Assembly (NCBI RefSeq): GCF_044704955.1 | Contig: NC_091994.1 | Span: 20,336,001 to 20,400,000 of the forward strand | From: Pristiophorus japonicus | Taxonomy: Eukaryota | Length of the DNA: 64,000 nucleotides | Direction of reading: 5' to 3' | In this document: in pieces, positions 1-11,709 of the stretch | Numbering within the stretch: position 1 is the stretch's first letter | Layout of the letters: each line of letters opens with the position of its first letter | Translations under genes and position numbers: made by a program | The notes under the pieces: generated by a model | What the model saw: only the letters and a program-made list of their open reading frames with translations | Databases searched by the model: none | What the model was told of the DNA's origin: nothing

Positions 1-505
1 GACTTCCATATCCGAATTTTAAAAAAACAACAAAAAGCTGAATTTTGCTCAAGACGCGACCTCAACCATTGAAACAGGGTGCATGCAGGGAGTGGGGCGG
101 GGTGCAATTTCAGCCCCCAGGGATCAAACCTAGTATCTTCTTGGCCTGGATGGACCTCATATCTGTACTTTCTAAAGTTATGGTATCTGCTGTTAAATCT
201 CAGATTAACACCACTTTGAAAATTCTGTCCTAAGTATTGATCTCTAATTTGGTTACTGACATGACCATTGCAGTGGTGATCTTCTCTTCTTGCCTCTGAT
301 GTACATTTCAGGAACTCTACTGTTGAATACTTTGGTGAATCATTTTCTTCATCTTGTACATCTTTAAAGCCTTTGACAGCATCTGGCACTTTTCACTTCT
401 AAACATGTTACCATCATAACTGAACCCTCATGATTTTTATGATTCTAAGGCATGGATTTGGGTTTCAACAGTGGTGAGAGTGAGGTAAGGGCATCAGTGT
501 GTAAT

Positions 506-957
506 AAGAACATAAGAAATAGGAGCAGGAGTAGGCCATACGGCCCATCGAGCCTGCTCCTCCATTTAATACGATCATGGCTGATCCGATCATGAACTCA
601 GGTCCACTTCCCCACCCGGTCCCCATAACCCCTCATTCCCTTATCGGTTAAGAAACTGTCTATTTCTGTCTTAAATCTACTAAATGACCTGACTTCCACA
701 GCTCTCTGATGCAGCGAATTCCACAGATTTGCAATCCTCTGGGAGAAGAAATTCCTCCTCTTCTCCGTTTTAAATGGGCGGCCGCTTATTCTAAGATTAT
801 GCCCCTTAGTTCTAGTCTCCCTATCAATGGAAACATCTTCTCTGCATCCACCTTGTCGAGCCCCTTCATAATCTTATACGTTTCGATTAAGATCACCTCT
901 CATTCTTCTGAATTCCAATGAGTAGAGGCCCAACCTGCTCAACCTTTCCTCATAAGT
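506..957 (-). mobile_element. CR1 LINE 3' fragment
   Basis: Begins with the reverse complement of the CR1 3' tail (aagaacataagaaataggagcaggagtaggcc) and matches the 3' ends of the longer CR1 copies in this window. Confidence 0.9.
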
Positions 958-1190
958 CGGATGTTCCAGGAGCGGAAGAAGATGGTCTTGCTTACAGACT
1001 GAATGTAGAATAGAAACCGTAGATCAGGATTAAATGTTGAAACTGAGCTGAACCAAGAGAGAATGATGCCAATAGTTTGGATTATGGAGAAGAGGCGGTG
1101 GAAAAGAAAAATGAAATAGATGAAGGGGAGATTAAAAATGGAAGAGTATTCTTTAGCCAAAGGGGCCATTAGGGAACTGTTCTGGTGGAA
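958..1190 (-). mobile_element. Degraded L2-like LINE RT C-terminal fragment
   Basis: Minus ORF 939..1169 reads 'TFNPDLRFLFYIQSVSKTIFFRSWNI', resembling the L2 'FDPELSF..HI..I.KTAFFHLRNI' motif. Confidence 0.5.
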
Positions 1191-1194
1191 GAGA

Positions 1195-1828
1195 CGCCTA
1201 GAATTTGAGCCACACAGCTCCTGTATCTTGGGTGCTAAATGGTCTCTTTAGGCTCCAATATGGTGGGTAGGAAGCTCACGTTCATTAGGAGCTGGAAGTG
1301 CACCACCTGCCATATTGGTAAAGGCCAAAAAAATCGTCATGCAGTGCCTACGCAAGAAACAGGCATTAGGTTATTTGCATATACAAATAAGGGCCGAACT
1401 TCAGTTCGAGGTCCTCACTGTAAGATTGGCTTAGTGTGTTCCACTCGACCCCACATCCACGATCGCCGCTGCTCACCCCGCTGTTCACCTCCGCTACCTC
1501 ACCCCTGGCCATCACTTCCTTCCCGACCCAATCACCCTGCTTCCCGATCGCCCCCTCCGACCTAATCGCCCACCATCCCGGTCACCCTTCTTCACCGCTT
1601 ACCTGAGGGCCACTGCTGGTGTCACGGTGTCCCAACCTTCAATCCCGCTTCACCGGCGAGCTGACCGTTACTGTCTGCAGTTAGACAGCTCGATGGGAAT
1701 GAGGCCCAATATTGGGTGTGCCTCGGGCCTCACTATTCACGAGCAGATATTGTCCCTTGTGCCATCTGCTCCTCCCCCCGCCCCCAGACCCGGATGGTCC
1801 AAAATGGGCGATCCCAAATTTCTAGGCC
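1195..1828. mobile_element. Harbinger-type non-autonomous element (MITE)
   Basis: Imperfect TIRs cgcctagaatttgag / cccaaatttctaggcc and 3-bp TSD AGA/AGA. Internal sequence (catta.gagctgga.gtg..ccacctgccatattggt) is shared with about 11850-11890. Confidence 0.7.
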
Positions 1829-2092
1829 AGAGAGATTAGCTTACAATAAAGATAAGCAATCAGTTGAATCAGATGAAGAGATTGAATAGAGGCAATGAAG
1901 GACTGGCCGGACTAGCTGTGTATGCAGAGGAAAACAGTAAAAACAAAGGAATAACAACATTGGTATGTAAGGGAACTTTGTACTAGAAAAATAATATGAA
2001 CCTTAAGGTATATTTTCATACATGAACAACTAAAATGTTATTGAGGGTCTAAATTTAGGGTTGAATTTGAATAACTCCCTTTTACAACTCAT

Positions 2093-3355
2093 TTGAGAAG
2101 AAGCATGCGTGATGCTGAGAATGTTGTGGATAGCACATTTAGTGAGTTGGTCACACCGCAGGTAAGGGTTAGGACAGATAGTGAATGGGTGACCAAGAGA
2201 CAAGGCAAGAGCAGGAAGGTAGTGCAGGAGTCCCCTGTGGTCATCTCCCTCCAAAACAGATATACCATTTTGGATACTGTTGGGGGAGATGACTTACCAG
2301 GGGAAGGCACCAGCAGCCAGGTTCATGGCACCATGGGTGGCTCTGCTGCACAGAAGGGCGGGAAAAAGAGTGGGAGAGCTATAGTGATAGGGGACTCTAT
2401 TGTAAGGGGAATAGATAGGAGTTTCTGCGGCCGCAACCGAGACTCCAGGATGGTATGTTGTCTTCCTGGTGCAAGGGTCAAGGATGTAATAGTTAGGAAG
2501 GACATTAGCTTGGATGATGTGGAATCTATATGGGTCGAGCTGCAGAACACCAAAGGGCAAAAAATGTTAGTGGGAGTTGTGTACAGACCTTCAAACAGTA
2601 GTAGTGATGTTGGGGAGGGCATCAAACAGGAAATTAGGGGTACATGCAATAAAGGTGCAGCAGTTATAATGGGTGACTTTAATATGCATATAGATTGGGC
2701 TTACCAAACTGGAAGCAATACGGTGGAGGAGGATTTCCTGGAGTGCATAAGGGATGGATTTCTAGACCAATATGTCGAGGAACCAACTAGAGGGGAGGCC
2801 ATCTTCGACTGGGTGTTGTGTAATGAGAGAGGATTAATTAGCAATCTCATTGTGCGAGGCCCCTTGGGGAAGAGTGACCATAATATGGTGGAATTCTGCA
2901 TTAGGATGGAGAATGAAACAGTTAATTCAGAGACCATGGTCCAGAACTTAAAGAAGGGTAACTTTGAAGGTATGAGGCGTGAATTGGCTAGGATAGATTG
3001 GCGAATGATACTTAAGGGGTTGACTGTGGCTGGGCAATGGCAGACATTTAGAGACCGCATGGATGAACTACAACAATTGTACATCGCTGTCTGGCGTAAA
3101 AATAAAAAAGGGAAGGTGGCTCCACCGTGGCTGTCAAGGGAAATCAGGGATAGTATTAAAGCCAAGGAAGTGGCATACAAATTGGCCAGAAATAGCAGCG
3201 AACCCGGGGACTGGGAGAAATTTAGAACTCAGCAGAGGAGGACAAAGGGTTTGATTAGGGCAGGGAAAATAGAGTACGAGAGGAAGCTTGCAGGGAACAT
3301 TAAGATGGACTGCAAAAGCTTCTACAGATATGTAAAGAGAAAAAGACAAACGTAG
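2093..3355 (+). pseudogene. In-frame CR1 ORF1 (N-terminal part of esterase) / ORF2 (C-terminal half of APE) fusion ORF, 420 aa
   Basis: Junction GARVKDV|IVRKDISLDDVESI at about 2487; both halves are separately present in the CR1 at 47926-51995. Confidence 0.8.
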
Positions 3356-5177
3356 GTCCCCTGCAGTCAGAATCAGGGGAAGTCATAACTGGGAACAAAG
3401 AAATGGCAGACCAATTGAACAAGTACTTTGATTCGGTATTCACTAAGCAGGACACAAACAACCTTCCGGATATAAAAGGGGTCAGAGGGTCTAGTAAGAA
3501 GGAGGAACTGAGGGAAATCCTTATTAGTCGGGAAATTGTGTTGGGGAAATTGATGGGATTGAAGGCCGATAAATCCCCAGGGCCTGATGGACTGCATCCC
3601 ACTTAAGGAGGTGGCCTTGGAAATAGCGGATGCATTGACAGTCATTTTCCAACATTCCATAGACTCTGGATCAGTTCTTATGGAGTGGAGGGTAGCCAAT
3701 GTAACCGCACTTTTTAAAAAAGGAGGGAGAGAGAAAACAGGGAATTATAGACCGGTCAGCCTGACATCGGTAGTGGGTAAAATGATGGAATCAATTATTA
3801 AGGATGTCATAGCGGCGCATTTGGAAAGAGGTGACATGATAGGTCCAAGTCAGCATGGATTTGTGAAAGGGAAATCATGCTTGACAAATCTTCTGGAATC
3901 TTTTGAGGATGTTTCCAGTAAAGTGGACAAGGGAGAACCAGTTGATGTGGTATATTTGGACTTTCAGAAGGCTTTCGACAAGGTCCCACACAAGAGATTA
4001 ATGTGCAAAGTTAAAGCACATGGGATTGGGGGTAGATTGAGGAGAGATTGGTAGATTGGGGGTAGACGTGGATTGAGAACTGGTTGGTAGACAGAGAGCA
4101 AAGAGTAGGAGTAAATGGGTACTTTTCAGAATGGTAGGCAGTGACTAGTGGGGTACCGCAAGGTTCTGTGCTGGGGCCCTAGCTGTTTACATTGTACATT
4201 AATGATTTAGACGAGGGGATTAAATGTAGTATCTCCAAATTTGTGGAAGACACTAAGTTGGGTGGCAGTGTGAGCTGCGAGGAGGATGCTGTGAGGCTGC
4301 AGAATGACTTGGATAGGTTAGGTGAGTAGGCAAATGCATGGCAGATGAAGTATAATGTGGATAAATGTGAGGTTACCCACTTTGGTGGTAAAAACAGAGG
4401 GACATACTATTATCTGAATGGTGACAGATTAGGAAAAGGGGAGGTGCAACGAGACCTGGGTGTCATGGTACATCAGTCATTGAAGGTTGGCATGCAGGTG
4501 CAGCAGGCGGTTAAGAAAGCAAATGGTATGTTGGCCTTCATAGCGAGAGGATTTGAGTACAGGGGCAGGGAAGTGTTACTACAGTTGTACAGGGCCTTGG
4601 TGAGGCCACACCTGGAGTATTGTGTACAGTTTTGGTTTCCTAACTTGAGGAAGGACATTCTTGCTATTAAGGGAGTGCAGCGAAGGTTCACCAGACTGAT
4701 TCCCGGGATGGCGGGACTGACATAGCAAGAAAGACTGGATCAACTGGGCTTGTATTCACTGGAGTTCAGAAGAATGAGAGGGGACCTCATAGAAACATTT
4801 AAAATTCTGATGGATTTAGACAGGTTAGATGCAGGAAGAATGTTCCCAATGTTGGGGAAGTCCAGAACCAGGGGTCAGAGTCTAAGGATAAGGGGTAAGC
4901 CATTTAGGACCGAGATGAGAAGAAACTTTTTCACCCAGAGAGTGGTGAACCTGTGGAATTCTCTACCACAGAAAGTTGTTGAGGCCAATTCACTAAATAT
5001 ATTCAAAAAGGAGTTAGATGAAGTCCTTACTACTAGGGGGATCAAGGGGTATGGCGAGAAAGCAGGAATGGGGAACTGAAGTTGCATATTCAGCCATGAA
5101 CTCATTGAATGATGGTGCAGGCTCGAAGGGTCGAATGGCCTACTCCTGCATCTATTTTCTATGTTTCTATGTTTCTA
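2101..5177 (+). mobile_element. CR1 LINE, 5'-truncated and internally deleted; ORF1 esterase fused to ORF2 (APE+RT); disrupted
   Basis: GDSIVRG esterase motif, APE motifs (GDFN, SDHN), RT motifs (NYRPVSLTS, YLDFQKAFDKV), 3' tail ttttctatgtttctatgtttcta; several stops and frameshifts. Confidence 0.95.
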
Positions 5178-5639
5178 AGATTGAACTGATTGGAGGTTAG
5201 TGCTTACTGAAAGAACACTTCATTGTGATTGTCAAAAGCAAGCTGGATCAAACAAGTGGCCAAGGGGGAAGGCATTCGTAATCTTTGTCGATTCCACCCC
5301 CTTAAAACCAGAGCGTTTTAGAGCCACACAAGAGGGATTCGAGTCTCAGAAGTGCTTGCTGAGTCACTCATGCAAAGAATTAGTAATATTCCTTTTATTC
5401 CCTGGTCTACATTTAACCTGACATTAGAAAGATCGTCTGGGGAGACATTGGATACACAGACTGGAAACAATGTTATTTCAGACTCATATCCCAGTGCTGT
5501 TAAAACTGTAACCAATCCACAAACAGATGGAAACAAACCGATAACGGTGCTGCAGGACTCAGCATGCCAAAGAAGGACTTTTCTCTTTTCCTTATTGGCC
5601 CTGTTTTTGTTGTTGTTTTTTTGCTTCTCCCAGGAGATC

Positions 5640-5784
5640 GGGGGGGTGGTGGGGGGTTGGCGGGGGAGGGTGGGGGGGGAGCGGGGGGGTAAGGGTGGTG
5701 GTGGGAGGGGAGGATGGTGGCGGGGGGGAAGGGTGGTGGTGCTGGGGCGGGGTGGGCAGGGGGGCGATGGCGGGGGGGCGGTGG
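5640..5784 (+). repeat. G-rich low-complexity tract with G-quadruplex potential
   Basis: More than a dozen runs of 3 or more G within about 145 bp. Confidence 0.85.
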
Positions 5785-6229
5785 ATAGGAATTGTCCAGT
5801 CACGATGTCCAGTCTCCCTCATCAGGAGTATGGGGTTGGCCTGATGAGGGAGAAGCAAGAAAACAGAACAAAAAAAACACAGGGCCAGTTGGTTTTTTCC
5901 TGCCCGTCATTTTCGTATCTTTGTATTCTGAAAATTATGAAACTTCGGGCTGTTCCATGGAAAGAAGTGGAAGGCGCAGAAAACATTCTATGGTGTAAGA
6001 TGAGTCGCTAAGTAATTGCGTAAAAAAGGGAGCAGGCAGTCCAAGGACCGGCTCGAACGAGAGATGAGGGTAGACTCGGAGAAACACTGGGCAGACTAAT
6101 TGTGAGAGATTCTGTGCATCAGTACAAAAGATACCAGGTTATTGGGTTAAGTGTGAAGAAAAAAGGGTTTTCCCTGTTCTATACCCTGTACCTGAATTTG
6201 ATACTTTGAAGAATAAGTTACAGCAGGAA

Positions 6230-6550
6230 GAAAGAAAGACTTGTATTTATATAGCGCCTTTCATGACCACCAGACATCTCAAAGCGCTTTACAGCCAATT
6301 ATGTATATTTGGAGTGTAGTCACTGTTGTAACGTGGGAAATACAGCACATAATTTGCGCACAGCAAGCTCCCACAAACAGCAGTGTGATACTGATCAGAT
6401 AATCTTTTTTTTGATATGTTGATTGAGAGATAAATATTGGCCAGGACACCGGGGATAACTCCCCTGCTCTCCTTCGAAATAGTGCCATGGGATCTTTTAC
6501 GTCCACCTGAGAGAGCAGACGGGGCCTCGGTTTAATGTCTCCTCTGAAAG
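6230..6550 (-). mobile_element. Deu-domain SINE (SacSINE1-like), 3' part
   Basis: Reverse complement of the SINE body at 53935-54398 (gatcccatggcactatttcgaag..., tail ggcgctatataaatacaagtctttc). Confidence 0.85.
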
Positions 6551-6799
6551 CTGGTTAAAGATAGTGGGAGCTGAAAAAAGTAAAAAATGGCATCAATATT
6601 GAGCGAGTCTATGTCCAAAAGGAAAATTATTTCAGGATTCCAAACAGATAAATACCAACGAATAAAACCTCTACTGCGGTTACATGAGTCAGCTTAAACA
6701 GTAGCACACGGGATGATATCCAGTTGCCATACGTACAAGATTAACACAAAACTAAACTAAACTGGCTGAATACAAAGGAGGAGACAGGAAGAAATATAT

Positions 6800-7280
6800 A
6801 AAATAATATAAAAATTCAATAGAAATCAGAGTAGTGCCAGAGAACTGACAAACAGGAAATATAATTCCTACCTTTAAAAAGAGAGATAAATCGAATCCAG
6901 GGAACTATAGACCAGTTAGTTTAACGTCAGTGTAGGAAAGATACGAGAATCTTTGTAAAAGATCAGATAACAAAACATCTAGGGACGGAGTATCTAATAA
7001 AAAAGTAGTCAGCATGGAAGAAAGGTCATGTTTAACCAATCTTATTGAATGATTTTAAAAAATAATAGGAAGATTAGCCAAGGGCATTGTTGTGAATGCG
7101 ATATACGTGGATTTTCAGAGGGCCTTTGATAGAAGGTGCCACATAAGACTCATGACAGTTGTCAGGGTATCAGGGGTCAGGGGTCAGGTAGAAGAATGGA
7201 ATAAAGATGGCTACAAAACTTAAATCGAGGAAAGGATTTAAGGATTCCACTCATAGGGGAAACTAAAGCTAGGGGACATA
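6800..7280 (+). mobile_element. Old CR1 RT fragment; its 3' end is interrupted by the Harbinger element
   Basis: ggaactatagaccagttagtttaacg (NYRPVSLT) and gattttcagagggcctttgat (DFQRAFD); ends at ctaggggacata and resumes at 9866. Confidence 0.75.
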
Positions 7281-7427
7281 GGCCCCAAATTTTCCCAGCC
7301 ACTTAGATCGGCGTAGTTAGATATGGTGTGCTGACTTCGTGGGGAAAAAAACGCGCCGAAAACTTACCGGGGTAATTTGGCCATTCCTGGATCCCTGTGG
7401 TCCCGTGGCGTGGCGCTGAGAAACCTG

Positions 7428-7613
7428 CGGGGGGCGGAGCTTGGGCCGCGCTTGTTCAGCGCAGCTGGCAGGGGGGCGGGGCTTGGGCCCAGCGTGTCCT
7501 CGAGTGCTGGCAGGGGGACGAATGACCGTTTGTGCATGCGTGCATGCGCAATGCGCATTAAAGCGTGCGTGCATGCGCAATGGGGCAGGAACCTTGGCAA
7601 TCGGCCATTTAAA
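7428..7613 (+). promoter_or_regulatory. Putative internal promoter of the Harbinger Myb gene
   Basis: GC boxes (ggggcggagc, ggggcggggc), clustered NRF1-like tgcatgcgca repeats and tttaaa upstream of the ATG; CpG-rich. Confidence 0.4.
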
Positions 7614-7784
7614 GGGAGAGAGTCCTCAGTGCCTCAGCAGCATTGGCAGAGGGCCATATTAGAAAGTAAGGTGTGAATTGTGATTTTTGGGTGGCTGAGG
7701 GAGTGGAAAGGAGTGCTGCATAGATGCATGAAAGGTAAGAACTGTGTGTTTTCAAGATCACCTGAGTGTAAATCCAATACACCA

Positions 7785-9162
7785 ATGATGAAAGAGCATG
7801 CAACAAGGACGAAGAACTTCTTGCATGAGGAGGTGGAGAAACTAGTCACTGTCATTGAGGAGAGATGGCAGGAGCTGGATATCAGTAAGAGTGGTCCCAC
7901 AAAAGTTCCACCCAAAGAAATGAGGAGATGCTGGGACCTAGTTGCAGAAGAATTCTCCGCAGGGGATGAAGACCGCAAGAACTGGAAGCCAGTGTAAAAA
8001 GAAATGGCAGGATGTTGGTCAAGTAGTGAGTGTAAGTATTATCTTGAGTTTTAAATGGAATTGTAATTGTTACTGTGATCATCTGTATATGTCCCATCCA
8101 TCAGAAGCTCACCATGTGGCAAAAATTATATTTTCATCTTTGCAGAAGAAATTGGCCAACAACAAAAGGGAGAGAACTCGAACAGGAGGAGGGCCGCCAA
8201 ATCTGCACCAACTATCACCCCTGGAACAGAGGGTCGCTGCCTTGCTGAGTCGCACCTGCAGAAAAAGAATCAGCTCTGCACAAGCTGGGCCCACACACGA
8301 GGGTGAGGGTCAATCATGAAAATGCATCGTCGCCCTTCAAATCAACCTGCTGACTGGCCTGCTACGCGTCAGACAACTCAGTCCACCCATCCTGCCCCCT
8401 CCTTTCCTGCTAACCATTTGACTGATCTGTTGTATTTTGCAGAAGAAGATAATCCTGAAGATCAACAAGAAGATCCAGATGCGTCCGCTCCAGACCAAGG
8501 TGGGTGGGGGGGAGGAGGGGTCCATGGATCTGTGTTCACGGGAGAATGCTGATCATGATATGGATCAGTCCATGGTACAGGGCATCACTTTGCCAGGCAC
8601 CTCCATGAGCTCTACCACGACATTCCTTGGTTTCACACCTTCCGAGGTTGCGGGTCCCAATGGCGGTGGTGGAATGCAGGTTGGAACACCCAGGGCCCCA
8701 CCATCCCAGCCTGCACCTCGCACTGGAGGGGTGCCGCTAGGCAGACCCACGGTGAGGGGAAGGAGAAACCGACCAGTCTCTCCTGAGATGCAGCCTTCAT
8801 CAGATGTACATCAGGTTATGTCATTGGGTGAGGAGACCAATGCCCTTACCCGATCACTCGTGGCCGCCTTCAGTAGGGTGCGTGATGAGGTTGCGACACT
8901 ATCGGGAGAAATATCAGCATTGAGACGGGAACTGAGGGCGGGCATGTCAGAGGGAGTGCAAATGATGGCAGAAGCCATGAGGGAGCTAACTGCTGCAATA
9001 AGGGCACACAGGCCTGACACTCAAATGCCACTCCCACTGCAATCTCCACACCAGCCTCTGTTGAGACCCAAGCCGGGCCCCCAGCCGCCACCCCCCCCCC
9101 CCCGCCCCACCACCACCCCTATGAGGAAGTGCACATTCCCCGATATGTGGGTATGTGGGTGA
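7785..9162 (+). pseudogene. Three-exon Myb/SANT-like DNA-binding protein gene (Harbinger accessory protein; NAIF1/MSANTD-like), two frameshifts
   Basis: RTKNFLHEEVEKLV...RCWDLVAEEF...RTGSQCKKKWQD...ERTRTGGGP trihelix motif. Exons 7785-8031, 8146-8302 and 8443-about 9162 with phase-compatible GT-AG introns; C-terminal coiled-coil-like segment. Confidence 0.8.
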
Positions 9163-9865
9163 GAGATGGGTGCAGCCTTTCTTTGCTGTTGTTGTTGTTA
9201 TTGTTGTTGAAGTGCATTGTAAACTTTCCAATAGAAGACTTTTTTGCATTAAAATTGAATCATGTTCCATTATCACCACACAACATTTAGGAACAACTGT
9301 AAAAAAAAAAAATCCCTCACCCCTACAGTCATGTGTGCCTGCCGCCCCTAGCCCTGGCCGAAGGGCTAGCCGGTGAGTTCTGCAGTCGGCAAGGCAGGAC
9401 TGCTCTATTTTCAGTAGCTGATTTATCTTTAATTTATTTTTGATGATGTCGTGAAGATGTTGTGCTGAAGTTGATTTGCTGTTGTGCTGATGCTGTGAAG
9501 GTGTTTAGTGCTTTAGAAGCCTCTAACTCACCTTCCCCCCCCACCTCCCACCGCTATCTATGACTACCTACGCTGATTTCTTAAATGTAGGTAAGGTTTT
9601 TCTGTGCCTACAAAAGTGGTCACATACACTGGCCTAAGTTAGTTTGGAGTGACTTTTAGCTGGCCAAATTTGCTTCTTTGGCCAAAACAGGCATAAGTGG
9701 CTGGTCACGTCCCTCATTGGAGAAAAAAAATGAAACTATAAAAAAACCTAACTAACTGACTTACACTGGAGCAAGTTAAATGGGGAAATTTGCGATTTTT
9801 AAGTTACTCCAAAAAAACTACTTGCTCCAAAAAAAGCGGGGCAACTCCTGGGGAAATTTGAGCCC

Positions 9866-10095
9866 ATTGTCTCAGAATAAGGGGCTGCCTATTTAAAACT
9901 GGGTTGAGGAGAAATTTCTTCTCTCAGAGGAATGTAAATCTATGGAATTCTCTGCCCCAGAGAGCTGTGGTTTAAGGTGGGGATAGACAGATTTTTGAGT
10001 GATAAGGGAGTAAAGAGTTATGGGAGCAGGCAGGGAAGTGGAGCTGCGTCCACCATCAGATCAGCCATGGTCTTATTGAATAGCAGAGCCAAGCC
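9866..10095 (+). mobile_element. CR1 3' end, continuation of 6800-7280
   Basis: gaggagaaatttcttctctcagagg...ggaattctctgccccagagagctgtgg; resumes at about 11266 after the RTE insertion. Confidence 0.85.
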
Positions 10096-11268
10096 ACATC
10101 TGGACTGGGGTCAAACAGGGCTGCATCATCGCTCGAACCCTCTTCTCAATCTTCCTCGCTCCACCTTACAGTCAACAAGCTCCCCGTTGGAGTGGAACTA
10201 AACTACAGAACCAGTGGGAAGCTGTTTAACGTTCGCCGCCTCCAGGCCAGGTCCAAGACCACCCCAACCTCTGTCGTCGAGCGTCTGCACACATTCAGAG
10301 GCTGAACTCCAGGATATGGTCAACGTATTTACTGAGGCATATGAAAGTATGGGCCTTACGCTAAACATCCGTAAAACAAAGGTCCTCCACCAGCCTGTCC
10401 TCGCCGCACAGCACTGCCCCCCAGTCATCAAGATCCACAGCGTGGCCCTGGACAACGTGAACCATTTCCCATACCTCTGGAGCCTCTTATCAACAAAAGC
10501 AGACATTGATGAAGAGATTCAACACCGCCTCCAGTGCGCCAGCGCAGCCTTCGGCCGCCTGAGGAAAAGAGTGTTTGTAGACCAGGCCCTCAAATCTGCT
10601 ACCAAGCTTATGGTCTATAGGGCTGTAGTAATACTCACCCTCCTGTATGGCTCAGAGGCATATGGATCATGTACAGTAGACACCTCAAGTCGCTGGAGAA
10701 ATACCTTCAATGATGCCTCCGCAAGATCCTACAAATCCCCTGGAAGGACAGACGCACCAACATTAGCCTCCTCGACCAGCTCAATGTCCCCAGCATTGAA
10801 GCACTGACCACACTTGATCAGCTCCGCTGGGCAGGCCACATTGTCCGCATGCCAGACACGAGACTCCCAGAGCAAGCGCTCGACTCGGAACTCCTTCATG
10901 GCAAACAAGTCAGGGGTGGACAGAGGAAACGTTACAAGGACACCCTCAAAGCCTCCCTGATAAAGTGCAACATCCCCATTGACACCTGGGAGTCCCTGGC
11001 CGAAGACCGCCCTAAGTGGAGGAAGTGCATCCGGGAGGGCGCTGAACGCCTCGAGCCTCATCGCATGCAGAAAACAAGGGCAGGCAGCAGAAGGAACGCA
11101 TGGCAAACCTGTCCCACCCTCCCTTACCCTCAACAACTGTCTGTCCCACCTGTGGCATGGATTGTGGCTTTCGTATTGGACTGCTTAGCCACCTAAGGAC
11201 TCTTTTTAAGAGTGGAAGGAAGTCTTTCTCGATTCCGAGGGACTGCCTATGATGATCATCATGATGAT
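10096..11268 (+). mobile_element. RTE (BovB-like) LINE, 5'-truncated
   Basis: RT C-terminal motifs (GLTLNIRKTKVL, ASAAFGRLRKRVF, LLYGSE, QLRWAGHIVRM); 3' end gattccgagggactgcctatgatgat with an (ATG)n tail. Confidence 0.92.
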
Positions 11269-11334
11269 GAATGGTGGAGCAAGCTCAAGGGGCCAAATGG
11301 CCTACTCCTGCTCCTATTTCTTATGTTCTTATGA
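11266..11334 (+). mobile_element. CR1 3' terminus (remainder)
   Basis: gaatggtggagcaagctcaaggggccaaatggcctactcctgctcctatttcttatgttcttatg. Confidence 0.85.
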
Positions 11335-11709
11335 TTTAAGGAAAGTTTCTTGCATTGGCAGAAAGTGGGAACTTAAATGCTGCAGCAGAACAAGATTTCC
11401 CTTCACCGGGAGGTGGGCTCCCAATGCCGGTCACACATAGTGCTCAGAAACAGTGGCAAATTGTGCAGGGTCACCATAATGGACATAAGTGCAGTCCCAG
11501 AATGCTTCCAGTAGGAAGTCCACCATGGAGGAAGATCTAACCCTGCATGTCATACTTGATCATTGTAATTTATAATCTATTTATCTGCTACCTTTTCATC
11601 ATTACCAGATGAACACAATGCATTCACATGAAATGCCCTTGTTCGTGATTATAACATCGACATGAATCCATTTCAAATAATCGGGTCGATGCTTCTGTTA
11701 AGAACACGT

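Larger units (their letters stand above)
7281..9865 (+). mobile_element. PIF/Harbinger element lacking transposase and carrying a Myb/SANT gene
   Basis: TIRs ggccccaaattttccc / ggggaaatttgagccc; 3-bp TSD ATA/ATT; splits the CR1 sequence aggggacata|gtctcagaataagggg. Confidence 0.85.

Noticed and set aside
240-430. Possible ancient LINE RT remnant (KAFDSIWH)
   Set aside because: A single short motif in heavily decayed sequence; insufficient for a feature call.
5840-5870. CTGATGA...GAAA as a hammerhead ribozyme
   Set aside because: The sequence between the boxes (gggagaagcaa) cannot form stem II, and CTGATGA is sequestered in the 14-bp hairpin.
5318-6011. Gly/Arg-rich and Pro-rich ORFs (219 aa, 161 aa)
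   Set aside because: Artefacts of the G-rich low-complexity tract; no domain or splice support.
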